Source: the human T2T-CHM13v2.0 reference genome, Homo sapiens. Taken from it: DNA of 64,000 nt. The DNA lies in assembly GCF_009914755.1 (NCBI RefSeq), contig NC_060942.1; one strand, written 5' to 3'. Numbering within the stretch: the stretch's first letter is position 1; each line of letters begins with the position of its first letter. Positions 13,370-28,823 of the stretch are shown here, piece after piece. The translations under genes were made by a program, and so were the position numbers. Below the pieces are notes generated by a model. That model did no database searches. It was given only the letters and a program-made list of their open reading frames with translations, and was not told the origin of the DNA.

Positions 13370-15370
13370 CCATCCCATTTTGAAATTGAGACAGTTTCAT
13401 TGCCCACTAGGTTATAAGGGATTAGGGCAAGGACTTGCTAGTGTTCTTCAAAGCACCTCAGATATAAGGAGGGCCAAAATGTTTCTTGAAACACACATTG
13501 TAAAATGTCAGCAATGCTGGCTCTATTTCCTTCACCTGCATTTGGTAGGCCTGACAGGACTCAGAAGCCAGCAGCCATCCTGGAGGTGAAGGTGTAGCTC
13601 TTTTGACTGCCCTCTCCCAAACCAAGAACCAGTACCTTGGGGCCCTGCAGCTCTCCCTGCTCTGGGCTGCTCTTGATTCCCTCTGCCACATCCCAGGTAA
13701 GGATCATAAGCAGAGGTGTGAGCCTGCAGTGATTTAAGGTGGGAGGAGCTCCCATGAGGGACAAGAGATGCTTGTCCAGGGCTCCAGCATGTAGGCACCA
13801 AGTCAGCTGGCCCACAATCACACTCTAAATGACAGGTACCCCAGCCCTGGTCCCATGGGGAACTGAAGTGTTTTCACTAACTGCCATGTCCGTTGTAAAA
13901 TCAAGGAGGGGAAAAAAGTTTCTAACATGATGAACATATGCTTTTTATTTGTCAGGAAAAACTCTTAGTTATAAAAAGGTTTTCTGCCCACTGGCCCCAC
14001 CCTGCTGGCCAGGTGACTTTGATACCCAACTTACTTTTCTGTATGAAGAGTGCCACATAGCTCCTAAATCAACCCTGGTAAATGTTTAAAAACGTTCTGC
14101 ACCTGGACTTAGGCCAAGCTGGGGCAGAAGTGGGGGCTAGAACAGGGCTTGCAGGTCAAAGTCCAGGCTTCTGTGCTGGTAGTGGCTCTGGGGAAGGCCC
14201 CAAGAGGCTGCTTTCCTGCACAGGCCTCTGAACTGTGCCTCATCCACAGGCTCAGCCACTTGATGTGGGAAGTTTTCCCCAGGAAGGCAAATCAGCTGAG
14301 GCCCAAGGAAAGAGAGGGTCAGTAAACAAGGCACTGAACCACTGTCCTTGGTGTGTTGTGGTCAGTGGATGGAGTGGGGAGTACAGGCTGACCATGTTGC
14401 CCCTTCCAGGACCCTCCTTGTTCATTCATTTATTCGTTCATTCATTTGAACATGTTGTAGGTACTGGGTGTTGTGTGAAGCACTGGTTCTATAGAACATG
14501 CTCACTGAAACTTGTACATCTAAGCTTGGCTTCTTGACGCTCAACTGACTCACTTTGACTTTGGCTTTCTCACAAATTCCTCTAAGCCTATTTCTGTAAC
14601 TCTGAAAAGTATTTAACTGCACCCTGTAACTTGGAAGGCTTAATTAAGGTAATGAGTGTCACCATAGTGACTAGTGTCACCATAGAGTCACTATAGTGTC
14701 TAGAAAGACACACCATAGTGTCTAGAAAGGGCTAAACAAAAGTTAAAGACTATCAGAATTCCCCAGTCTTAGGGATCTTGTAGCTTCCTGGGGCTATAGC
14801 ACAAAAGAAAAAAATGAGTGACAGCAGCCAAAGTCTGGGTGTCCCTGGATTTCCCAGACTCCATTTTAAGAAGCAATCTGAAATTAGTGTTTTGACTTCC
14901 CAAGGTCCTGCCTGATCCTAAGACATTCTCCAGGCTGAAAGTGTAGTAGGGTGGGATCCCCTGCAATGCACACCACTTGTCCTCTTCAAGTGGTTTTTGC
15001 AAGCCTGCCCCACCATGGGAACTCCTTCGTCAGTGGGGCCTATCTTGTGGGTGCTTTTTGTGGAAAACATTTTGTGTTGATGTTTGAAATAATTGACAAG
15101 TTACCAAGTGCAAGTGCATGTAAGATTGGCTGAGAGCATTTACATGTCACACATATAGATACACTTATTTTTATGTCTCTGTCTCAGAGCATTTTACAAT
15201 GTTGTGTGATTGCTGATTAGGGAAACTTGACATTCTTGGCTCTGTGGACAAAGAAAATGTTTTTACTTTTATCAAGGTCTTTGTCTGGAAAGAGCATAAT
15301 AAGGGGGAAGAAAGGTGGAGCCCAGTAATGAGGAAGTGATCAGGTGGCAGGTGTAATTGTCAAAGGGAAT

Positions 15371-15749
15371 CAGCAGTGGTGGAGAGGGCAGGAGGCAAAT
15401 GAGGGACGTGTTTAGATACAACTGCCTGTTGTGGTGGGTGGAGAGGGCAGGAGACACATGAGGCATGTGTTTAGATACAACTGCCTGTTGTGGTGGGTGT
15501 AGAGGGCAGGAGACACATGAGGCGCATGTTTAGATACAACTGCCTGTTGTGGTGGGTGTAGAGGGCAGGAGACACATGAGGCGCATGTTTAGATACAACT
15601 GCCTGTTGTGGTGCAACCAGCAGAGGTGGAGAGGGCAGGAGACAAATGAGGTGCGTGTTTAGATATAATTGCCTGTTGTGGTGGGTGGAGAGGGCAGGAG
15701 ACAAATGAGGCGCGTGTTTAGATATAATTGCCTGTTGTGGTGCAACCAG
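15371..15749. repeat. Minisatellite, 59-bp unit, ~6 copies
   Basis: CTGCCTGTTG recurs at 15422, 15481, 15540, 15599 (period 59); unit ~GGAGAGGGCAGGAGACACATGAGGCGCATGTTTAGATACAACTGCCTGTTGTGGTGGGT. Confidence 0.95.
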
Positions 15750-16182
15750 GCTTCTGTGAGCAGGAGACACAACCCAAGGTGTCACGAGGCCCCACCCTGT
15801 CTGCTGCCCCTGTTTTCCTCACACATACACTGAGATCCTCAGTGAGGGTAGAATCTATGTAGTAAAAAGGGAAAAAAAAATCATAGAATAGCCTTCTAAA
15901 CCAAGCACTATGAAAAAATACTAGACAAAGCAAAAATGAACAAGACAGCTCCTGTGTAAAGGAAGTTCTAAAACCAATGGGAAAGTGGACAAGTACACAG
16001 AGAGTTGGCAGGTAAGGCTGTTTATAATGCAAACAGAGGCATGGTAGTATTTCAGAGATGGGCAGGGTGTCTAGAATGTGACCAGAGCTGCCGGCTCTGC
16101 CTATTTCTCACCACGTGGCCTTGGGCAATTGGCGGTTCTCAGTAGTATTGTTTTCCCATGCATAAATTGTGGATAAGGAAAA

Positions 16183-16962
16183 AGGGGGAGACAGAGCAAG
16201 AGGGTCAAAAAGAAGCCTCCACCAATGGTCCTCCCTGCCAGACACCAAATTTAACAACTATCTATACACACAAACAAAAACAAACAAAAAAATCCTTCAT
16301 TAGAACCAAGAATCAGGTGAGCAATCAAAGTACATCCTTTTAACTTCATATGACTGAAAGAGGCATTGAAGAGGGTAGGAAAGACAGTCTTAAATTGCCA
16401 ACACCATCCCTTCCTCATCTTCTGGCAGGAGGAGAATTTGTTTGTTGGAGGAGAGAGAGAGTGGAGATTGGGGACTTTGCATTGGAACTCAGTGCTGCCC
16501 TGTCACAGTGGAGAGCAACACTGGGCAGAACTCAGCCAACACCCATAGAGGGAGCATTTACACCAGCCCTAGCCAGAGGGGTATCTCCCATCCCAGTGGT
16601 TAAAAGTTGAGTTTCTGCAAGCTTCGCACCATGGGCTAAAGTGCTCTGGGGCACTACATAAACTTGAAAGTCTAGGTCACGGCTGGGCGTGGTGGCTCAT
16701 GCCTGTAATCCTAGCACTTTGGGAGGCCGAGGCAGGTGGATCAAGAGGTCAGGAGATTGAGATCATCCTGGCTAACACGGTGAAACCCCATCTCTACTAA
16801 AAATACAAAAAATTAGCCGGGCGTGGTGGCAGATGCCTGTACTCCCAGCTACTCAGGAGGCTGAGGCAGGAGAATGGAGTGAACCTGGGAGGCAGAGCTT
16901 GCAGTGAGCCAAGATCGCGCCACCGCACTCCAGCCTGGGTGACAGAGTGAGACTCCGTCTCA

Positions 16963-16993
<31 letters not shown>

Positions 16994-18030
16994 GTCTAGG
17001 TCACAAGGACTGAAATTCCTAGGCAAGTCTTAGTGCTGCGCTGTGCTCAGAACTGGTGGATAAGAGGGACACAGGACATAGGAAGACACCAGCCCAGGTG
17101 GTAAGGGAGTGCTTGCACCACTCCTTGTAAAAGCCGAGGCAGATCAGCTCACAGCAACAAAAGTGACTCCTTCATTTCGCTTGACAAGGATAGAGGAAAG
17201 AGGAAAGAAGACTTGGTTTTGCATCTTGGAAACCAGCTCAGCCACAGTAGAATAGGACACTGGGCAGAGTCACCAGGCCCTACTTCCTGGAATACGTATC
17301 TAGACACATCCTGGGCCAGGAAAAAACCTGCTGCCTTGAAGGGAAGAGCTCAGTCTTGGCAGGATTCATCACCTGCCGAATAAAGAGTCCACAGGCCCTG
17401 AAGAACCAGCAGCAATACCCAGGTAGTAGACTGTGGGCCTTGGGTGAGACTGAAATGTGCTGGATTCAGTAACCAGCTCAGCCACACTGGGGTAGACCAC
17501 CAAATGGGCTCTTCAGGTCTCTGATTTCAGGCCTTGGCTCTTGGATGGCATTTGTGGGCCTGCCCGGGGTCAAAGGGAGCTCACTGCCCTGAAGGGTGAG
17601 TCCTAGGCCTGGCAGCATTCATACAAGCTGACTGAAGGGCCCTTGGGTTCTAAGTGAACATTGGCAGTGGCCTGGCAGTACTCCCTGTGTGCCTGTGGTG
17701 GTGACCATGAGGAGAGGCTCCACTGCCTGTGGAAAGAGGAGAGAAGAGTGAGAAGGACCTTTTTTTGTGGTTTGGGTGCCAGCTCAGCTGCAGTAGAATG
17801 GACCACCAAGAACATTTGTAAGGTTTCCGACTCCAGGCCCTGTCTCCTGGATGGCATCTCTGGACCTTCCTGGGTCCTGGAAGAACTCACCACCCTGAAG
17901 GGAAGGACAGAAGCCTGGCTGGCTTTGCAACCTGCTAATTCCTAGGGCCTAGAGTGAAAATAGCAACAAGGTACCCAAGTAGGGTTAAAATGGGCTGTGG
18001 GTAAGACCCAGTGATGTGCTGGCTTCAGAT
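16183..18030 (+). mobile_element. L1M1-type (L1MA1/2-like) 5'UTR fragment with no ORF1/ORF2 downstream
   Basis: Starts GGGGGAGACAGAGCAAGA...GAAGCCTCCACC...CACCAAATTTAACAACTATCTA...AGAACCAAGAATCAGGTGAGC, matching the L1M1 5' end; internal CCCTGAAGGG repeats. Confidence 0.85.
16681..16989 (+). mobile_element. AluY with perfect 15-bp TSD
   Basis: AluY diagnostics (ATCCTGGCTAACACGGTGAAACCCC, GAGCTTGCAGTGAGCC); TSD GAAAGTCTAGGTCAC at 16666-16680 and 16990-17004. Confidence 0.95.
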
Positions 18031-18035
18031 CAACA

Positions 18036-18234
18036 TTGGTGGTCTTGGATAAGATCTGCAAGAAGTATCTGGATTAACAGGCAGAGAATCTTGTTCTCTT
18101 TCCTTACTTTCTTCCAAACAGTCTCTCTCTGTGTGTTGAGCTGTCTAAAGCTGGGAGAGGGGTGACACCAGTAGTATCCTTCTGGACACCAGTACTGGGA
18201 CTGTACTGAGTCACATCTGAAGACACTATATCAC
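18036..18234 (-). mobile_element. Inverted continuation of the same L1M1 5'UTR
   Basis: GGTGGTCTTGGATAAGATC...CAGGCAGAGAATCTTGTTCTCTTTCCTTACTTTC is antisense L1M1 5'UTR, continuing from where the + segment stops. Confidence 0.75.
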
Positions 18235-19149
18235 CTGTGGTGCTGGGATACCCCTTCCCATACAGCTTAGATCTCATGGCTTGTTCTTAGTTTCCAAACT
18301 CTCCATGTACTCTGTGCTTATATGTCTCATCTTCTCACCTAGATTGTCCCAGCATCACAACGTAGTGCATGATCCATCACCAAGTGTCCCATACACTGGT
18401 CATGTCACCTCTGACACTTGCTTAATTACTCTGAATCTCTCTTTCCTTGAAATAAAGAGAAAAGAAACCATCCTTCTCACCTTACCAAACTGTTGTTAGA
18501 AATAAAATGAACAGTAGAACTGTGGTATTTTAGCATTGAAAGAAAACTCAATAATATCCAATCACTCAATTTCCAAGTGGTGAAACAGGATTCTGGGAAG
18601 TTCACAGAGTTCCTTTCCCTGGCTACGGAGCTAGCAATGATAACTAATACTATCTTAAACTTACTGTAGCTATATGTAGATGGTGATTCACTTATGGGGC
18701 ATTTTTACATAACCAACTAATTGAATCATTGTTCATTTACAAATAAGCACGTGCTCCATGCCCGGCCTGTGCTAGGCAGAGGGGTAAAGAAGATCCACAC
18801 CAAGCTCCATCCTCTCAGAGTTGTGGCATCTCAAGGGGGACTGTCATGAGGAACTGGCATGAGGCCCTAATACAAGAGTGAGAGATACAGCAGAGCCGGG
18901 GAGCACACAGCAGGGGCTGGGGCCAGGGAAGCCTCAGACAGACGAGGTCCATGAGGGCCCTGGGCTACAGACAGGAGACTTTTAGGTGAGATCACAACCA
19001 AACTGAAATGTAACTTTGGTTTTCAACCCCAGTGTCGGGGCTGTCTCTGCATCAGTGTCATGCAAACTAAACACAGAGGGATCGGGGGAAGATTCCTGGT
19101 GTTCCCCAGGCTGAGAGGGCTCAGACCTTGAAATGACTCTGGGAAGGGA

Positions 19150-19370
19150 GGTAGCTCAGTGCAGTGGTTAGGACACAGATGGGGCTGGACTGCTCAGGCC
19201 CATGTCCTGGCTAACCACTTTCCAGCTGTGTGACATAGACAATTGCAACAACCTTGCTGTGCCTTGCTTTCTCATCTGCAAATGGGTAGAACAGGGCAGT
19301 TATGAGCACTGAATGGGGCAAAATTTCCAAAGGCTTAGACCATGGCCTGGTATGTAGCCCATGCAGTGAG
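19150..19370 (+). mobile_element. MIR
   Basis: GCAGTGGTTAGGACACAGA...CCACTTTCCAGCTGTGTGAC...TTTCTCATCTGCAAATGGG. Confidence 0.7.
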
Positions 19371-20985
19371 AGTACTGGATAATGAGCCCTTGTTCCCCCA
19401 TCAGTGGGACAGGAGTGGCTGTTTCATGCCAGAGTTGACATCGACATTTTGGGGAAGAAAGTGGAATCTGAGTGGAGGGTCAGAGGAAGTGCTGGGTTTG
19501 GATAGAGGCTGAGGAAGGGAGAGGACAGCTGTGTCAGGAGGAGTGGAGACATGGGAAGCACTGAGCTGGCCTGAACTTCTGACAAGAGAGCCAGGGGCTG
19601 AGCTCTGCACTGCCATCTTGCCCCTGGCTGTGGGGACCAGGGGCCCTGGCACACTTCCCATTGGGGGTTCTTTCCTCTTGGGCTTGATGTGCTGTTCAGA
19701 TGCAGCAGGAGCTGTCCGGAAATGTCCAGCTCCTTTCCTCACATTCGGCTCTGGGAGAGTGGCCTGCCAGAGAATGTCCATGGAGACTTATCTACAGCCT
19801 GGGGTTTTGGTTTTGGTTTTGGTTTCTAACTTATTTTAACTTCCAGATGGAAAGTGTTATTTTGCCAGATGGTAGCAGGCTAGGTTTTGTGGGCAAGGCC
19901 CACAGGGTTGTGGCCAGCTCTGAGGGAAGAGTGTATTCGGCCCTGGCCTGGCTGTCATATTGAGAAGCTGACAGTGTTTCCAGGCTGCTCACAGCCCAGA
20001 TGGTGGGCTGTGCTGGCTGCCCTGGAGGCTGGGGCTCCCAGGTGTCTCAGTGCAGGAATCAGAGCTCCACCTTGCTGAGCTCACACAGCGCCTGGAGCCA
20101 GGCCCCGGACCCAGAGGCCCGAGGGAGAGATTGAAGAGGAGCCTGGAACTGACCAAAAGCAGGAGGGCACCTGACCCTGTAAGGGGAGCAGGCTCGCAGC
20201 TGAAGACCCTGGAGAAGCAGCTGCCACAGAGGGGGCGTTTGCACCCACCTGTCCTGTGCTCACAAAAGGTGACTTTGTGAAGTGTACTTATAAATTTTGG
20301 GTTTTCAGATAAAAAAAAATGACAACATTTTTAAAAGTCAAAAGATATTAAGAATTTGAAGATAAACCTCAATTGCATTCCTCATGCCTACCAGCGGCAG
20401 AGTTAGCCCAACACGGCAGCGAGGAAGACCACATTTTGGTGATCTCTGCGGCAGTTGGAGTCCCGGTTTCCTGAAGGTGTAATTACCTATGAGCCCAGGA
20501 GGGGTAAAAAGGTCCAGCAAATAGAGGAGGCAATGTTCCTACTAATCGGCTCACCTGCATTTTGCCAGAAAATAAGCCATCTACAAAAATGTGACATGAA
20601 AAGAACAAGAAATGTGATGACAAGCACCAGAATAATGGCCAGGCCAGAAGCAGGTCATCTCCTCCCTCAGAACTGGCCCCAGCCTGGGATTTGCCCACTC
20701 TGCTCAGCTGGCTCCTGCTTGGGGAGGACTCCCTTGATGACCTGTGTGGGCAGCTCTCGTGGGGCATCCCAGCCAGGATTCCACACATTGTCAAGGTGAG
20801 ACAGGGCCCTGGGTCCTCTGCTGTGGCACAGGTGTGGACCCAGCAAGCTTTGTGTGGATGGGCAAATTTATAAAGCTGGACAAGGTAATATTTGAATTTT
20901 TTAAGTAACTTACAAATATTTTAAATTTTAACATTTTATATTTTTTACATAAAATGAGACATAAAAATTAGAAGCATAAAAATCA

Positions 20986-21180
20986 ACTTTGGGAGGCCAT
21001 GGTGGGAGGATCACTTGAGCCCAAGAGTCTGAGACCAGCCTGGGCAAAATACTAGGACCCCATCTCTACAAAAATTAAAAAACAAATTAGTCAGGGTAGT
21101 GGCGCGAGCCTATAGTCTTAGCTGCTTGGAAGGTTGAGGTGAGAGGATTTCTTGAGCCCAGGAGTTGGAGGCTGGAATGA
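20986..21180 (+). mobile_element. Partial AluJ
   Basis: ACTTTGGGAGGCC...GGAGGATCACTTGAGCCCA in both arms (AluJ diagnostic); truncated at both ends. Confidence 0.85.
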
Positions 21181-21230
21181 AAGAAAAGTACAAAGCACTG
21201 TCTATGTGTATTCCCATTTGTGAGCAAGGG

Positions 21231-21231
<1 letters not shown>

Positions 21232-21263
<32 letters not shown>

Positions 21264-21266
21264 TGT
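21232..21266. repeat. (TG)n microsatellite
   Basis: Direct reading. Confidence 0.9.
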
Positions 21267-22258
21267 ACTCTCTTTATAGAGACTATCTCTGAGAGGAAAT
21301 ACAAGTAATTGGTAGTAGTAGTTGGTCTAATTTTTGTTTCTTCTTCTCTTTTTTTTTCCTATAAGAATGGATTTTTACAATAAGAAGTACTCAATTTAAA
21401 AACTGTATGTTATTTAAAGTAAGTAATTTAAAAATTTATGTGCATAGGCAGAGGAAATTAGGCAAATGCTAACAACTAGGGAATTTAGGTAAAGGCACAA
21501 ATTACCTTTGTACAATTATTGCAAATTTTTAGAAAATCTAAAATTATTTTAAAATTATAAAAAATACCCACTAATTCCATAATCAGTTCTTTTAAACTCC
21601 GAACTCAGGGCCTACACAATTTTCCATACCCCACCTAGCTCACATGCCCTATGTGCAGATGACCTAATACTGTTGACCCTCAGTTTCCTCATTTCAAAAT
21701 TCAGAATGATGGTAATATTAAGCCTGTAGGGTTGCATCCTGCACATACTGAGCATTCAATGCATTTTACTGTGCCCTTCTTTCCTTAATCTCTTCCAACA
21801 CCTTCCTAACCAGCTAAACCATGGACAGCACAGGAGGCCAGGAGGCCAAAGCACTTTGTGATTCTGTAAAGAGGAAGCCAAAATTGCAGATGAAGCAAAG
21901 CCTATTATCTTTGGTGTTAAATCCACAGAGAACATATCTGGATTTGGTCACCTCCTCCTCCTGTGCTTTAAGATATTAAATATTTTGCTGTCAAGAAGCA
22001 ATTCCCCATAAACTCCAAAGTTCCTGGCTCTAACAATTCTAAACCTTGGGCTACAGATGAGAATTTTGAGCTAACTTAGTAGCTATCTCAAATATATGCA
22101 GCTTTTGATGCCAAGAGTCTTATACCAGCTATGTCCAGCCCCAGTAAGAAATGAACCAACAGAAGCATTTGTTCTGCAGATGTAGGCTCCACCACACGTG
22201 TGGAATTTAGGAGCTCTGTGGTGATTAAGTTTAGACTTAGGAATGAACAACTGGGTGA

Positions 22259-23075
<817 letters not shown>

Positions 23076-23129
23076 TTAATCATGTTCTGTCAAATTTTGG
23101 TGATATATTTTTCTTAAATCTGTCTCATT

Positions 23130-23800
23130 GACTATTCTCAAAATCTGCCGAGTGGGGCCATTCATTGTTTCTCAGCTGAAGGACTGCAGTCACTTTTAGG
23201 TACTTCCCTACCTTTGGTCATGCGTCTCTATTCTTCATCCTTTACACAGCTGCCATTCCAGTCTTTCTAAACTAGAACTATTCCTCTGATTAAAAATGAA
23301 ACAAAGCTTATTGTGACTGTAATGAAATCTGTGTACTGGACTTCTGTTGGCTCTGTGGTTCTCAGCAGCCTACCAGAACACAGAGCTTTCCAAACTCAGC
23401 CCTGGGCACATCTGTTCCTTCATCCAGGCTTTCCACCCTGCGTGGCTCTCACCCTTGTGTGTCCGTCCTTGTTTCTTAGAGGAGTCGTGTGCCTCCAAAT
23501 GCATATGCCTACGACCTTTTCTTTCTCTTGCCTGAAATGCCAAACTTCATTCTCCATCAGGTGAATTCCAACTCACCCCTGAAGATGAGCTCAACTGTCT
23601 CTCTTGTGTGAAGCCTTCCCTGACACCCCTGAGAATTTTCCATCCACGTCACCACAGAGTAATGTCCATCCTCCTGTAGAACCATTCACTCATCACAGGT
23701 CTGGATGCCCATTGTTCATAGGAGGTCTTCCCCACTAGACTTCAAAGCTTCAGTGATAGGCGCTTGTGTCCCTGGACTACACGAGGCCCTTATTCCCACT
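23130..23800 (+). mobile_element. L2 fragments
   Basis: TGTGAAGCCTTCCCTGAC...TCTTCCCCACTAGACTTCAAAGCTTC; boundaries approximate. Confidence 0.5.
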
Positions 23801-23949
23801 GCTCTTTTTTGAAAAAATAATAGTTTCTTCAGGCCTATATAAGCTCAAAGAGATCCCAGAGGACAATGAGTCCAATTTTTTTACTTTCCAGAATAGGATA
23901 CTGGGATATTTTAATTCATGGAATTATTCTAGCATCAAACTTTACATAA

Positions 23950-24400
23950 TAAGTACTCGTTGAGGACTTGGAGTGTACCTGTTTCTAGGTTCTAGGGAAA
24001 CAGGATTGACTATGACGGGCAAAGTTACTGCCCCATGGAGTTCACCATTTGGGGATTGGTGGGTGGATAACAACGGCAACTACAAGATATGTGCATGCAT
24101 GTGTGTGTGTATGTGTGTGTGCATTTCATATAGTGCTAGGTGTAATAGATAAACGAAGGTGGTGACTGGGGAAATGATCCAGGAGAAATCTCTGAGGAAA
24201 TGACATTTCATCTCACAGGGTAATGAGGAAAATGAGGCAGCCAGATGGAGTCCCAGCAAAAGCAGACTTCAGGCAGAAGGAACGGCAAGTCCAGGGCTCT
24301 GGATGAGTAAGTGGCTTCCCTCACAGGTAGATGGGAAGGGGTCATGTGAGGATACTTCAGCCATGTTAGATGAATGTATTGCCTTAAGAACATCCTGAGA
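23950..24400 (-). mobile_element. L2 fragment
   Basis: CTCTGAGGAAATGACATTT...CAGGCAGAAGGAACGGCAAGTCCAGGGCTCTG antisense L2 motifs. Confidence 0.55.
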
Positions 24401-24533
24401 TAAAGGGTGGCATATGCAGGTGTGTGGCTCAGGTGAGTGAATAGGGGGAAGAAGCAGGACACTGGCTCGCCAGGTGGGTTCCTCCAGAAGGCAGGCTGCA
24501 TCTGCCAGGGTCCATCCCAGGCCAGTCCCTGAG

Positions 24534-24997
24534 AGGCTGGGCCGACAGAGAAGGATGGTGACCTGGGCCTGGATTGTCAGTGAGGCCTTCCTTGAGTGAA
24601 ATATACACTAAATGGTCTCAGAAGGCCGCACAAGGGCAGGGCAGTGAGTTTCTGGGAGGAAGGTGGGTGGTGGGTGGGGTGCAGAGCCTGGGGCAGAGGG
24701 ACTCCTCTGAAGTTAAATTAATGCAACTGACCCACCCCTCAAATGATTTCAGGCCATGGTCTTCTCTGATGAGGACTCCATCCCTGTAAGAAAACTAAAG
24801 AGCTGGAGAGTGGAGAGGAAGGAGAGTGTGGGATGTGAATTCTAAGCTATCAAAGAGGTTCTGCTTCCTCTAAGGCCATGGACGCTGGGTGTGCTATGGG
24901 GTAGACACACCACACTCCTATTGTCCAGCCACCTATTATACCTTCCACACCCAGGAAGTGCTGAGGCCCTTCCTGGAGTCTCCCCAACCCACACAAC
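24534..24997 (+). repeat. Left arm of a diverged inverted duplication
   Basis: Reverse complement of 25902-26209 plus 27325-27442; 24534-24571 is a perfect 38-bp inverted match to 27405-27442. Confidence 0.9.
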
Positions 24998-25519
24998 TGA
25001 AACAGCATGGGGTGTCCACAGGCCCTATCCACTAGGATGGCTCCTTCCCCAGCACGGTGGCTGAGCTTCCTGAGAATGATGCATCCTCGTGGCTCTGCTG
25101 GTCCTCACAGATCTCCAGGTAGAAGCTCATTGTAGAATAGCATTTGCCTTGAATGCTCTGATAATTTTCTGCTAACCTAGTTGTGGCTAATTAAAGTCAG
25201 GAGTTTGGTGCTGGCCTCACTTTGGTGCTTGGAAAACTGGGGACATTGTACTCAGCAGAGAAGTCATTGGAAATACAGACTTGCCAGTCCTACCACAGAA
25301 GATGATGATTTAGTAGAGTTATGCTGGCCCAGCAATCAGCATTTACAGAAGCATTCCTGGAGATTCCGTGATTGTGCTGCGAGGTGGCATTTGGCAGCCC
25401 TGCACCCAGAGCCCTGAAGCTCTCTTCAGCAGTAATGACCTGCCAGGCTACTGTCTTTAGTGACAGGGGATGCTACGAAGAGTGTGCATCACCCAAATGA
25501 CAGCTCACCATTGACTCTT

Positions 25520-25660
25520 AAGATGGAAGAGACTTTAGAGGCTCTTTAGTCCAAACCTCTCATTTTTCAAATGAGGCAGAAGTGTCCTAGAGTGGAAATG
25601 TGACTTACCCAAGGTCACACACCAGAGACTAAAAATTCTAGAACAATGACGAGTATTTTG
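25520..25660 (-). mobile_element. MIR/MIR3 fragment in the inverted-repeat spacer
   Basis: CTCATTTTTCAAATGAGG...GTGACTTACCCAAGGTCACAC. Confidence 0.65.
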
Positions 25661-25901
25661 ATCTCCAGTGATCTGGAAAACTCTGCATGTCAAACACCCA
25701 TTTCTGTTCCCAGCATCTGGTAACCCCTTAATTCCTGGTCACCTCCACCCCTCCTCAATGCCCAGACTTTCCGTCACATGGAAACCCACTAGGCTTTTGA
25801 CCTCACATGCTGTTTCAGCAGGCATCCCCCTGTGCTGACCTTAGCTCTAGCAGTGTAAGGCGGAGCTGCCCTCCCTGAACTGACAGAGGAGGCTACAGTG
25901 T

Positions 25902-27909
<2,008 letters not shown>

Positions 27910-28692
27910 TCCCCTATCTCTATCTTAATGAATATTTTGTCCTGGGTATGTTCTGGGACCCAAGTCCATTCTCCCTGTAGCCCCTGCTCCCCAGTCCTGA
28001 AGACCCTCTCAGGCTCTTCCCACTTTGCACTGCCAGAAGCCCCTGTGGGCTCACAGCTCTTGCCCTCTTCTCTCTTAAGTGCACCAGCATTCAAGCTCCT
28101 CCCTGGGCTGCTGGGAGGACAGATTGCTTCATAAATTCTTAAGAACGTATTTGGAACTAACAGCTTAATCATTATAATGCATTATTCAATCAACCAACAG
28201 TGTTTTTTGGAGGGAAAAAAATACACCATGAAATATATCTTCATTTTAAGTACATCTGTTGTTTCTTGAAAGCCATCAGCTGTCAGTGAATCATCAATTT
28301 TGTTTCGTTGTGTGGCTAAGACTATTTGTTCTAATTAAAGACCATGCACGAATCTAAACAAATTTGCCTTATCTGTAAAAATGGAACTTTCAGTCCTGCT
28401 AAGCGTGACAATCCTAAATGTGCTGGAGAAGCAATTTTCTCCAGGTCTTACCAGGTGCATCTGTGGGGAGTGGGGGAATGACAGTGGGGCTGTAGCCTCC
28501 TCTGCATGCAGGGTCCAGCCCACCAGGACCACTAACCAGGTGCCTGTGTCCCACCCTCCTTCCCCAGCCTGATGCAGCTCTGACCTCCTAGAGAGGAGGC
28601 TGCAGAGAGAGCCCCGGCAGCTCCTGTCCTGTTCTGCAGTGCAGGCCATCAAGGGGACAGCAGCAGGCCCGGGGGTGGGTGCCTTGGGTTCT

Positions 28693-28823
28693 GGGCCAGG
28701 TGGGAGCTGGGCCTGCAGAGAGCAAGGGGCAGGAAATTGGGGCCAGGTGGGAGCTGGGACTGCAGGGAGCAAGGGCCAGGAAATCGGGACTGGGTGGGAG
28801 CTGCATGGAGCAAGGGCCAGGAA
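28693..28823. repeat. Tandem repeat, ~47-bp unit, ~3 copies (third shortened)
   Basis: GGCCAGGTGGGAGCTGGG at 28694 and 28741; GAGCAAGGG(G/C)CAGGAA three times. Confidence 0.85.

Noticed and set aside
15371-15749. CRISPR-like array (also considered for 26198-27324 and 54984-55126)
   Set aside because: Units are head-to-tail without unique spacers, there are no cas genes, and the DNA is primate genomic
20221-20240. CTCF-like GCCACAGAGGGGGCG
   Set aside because: The 5' half is out of register with the CCASYAGRKGGCRS core
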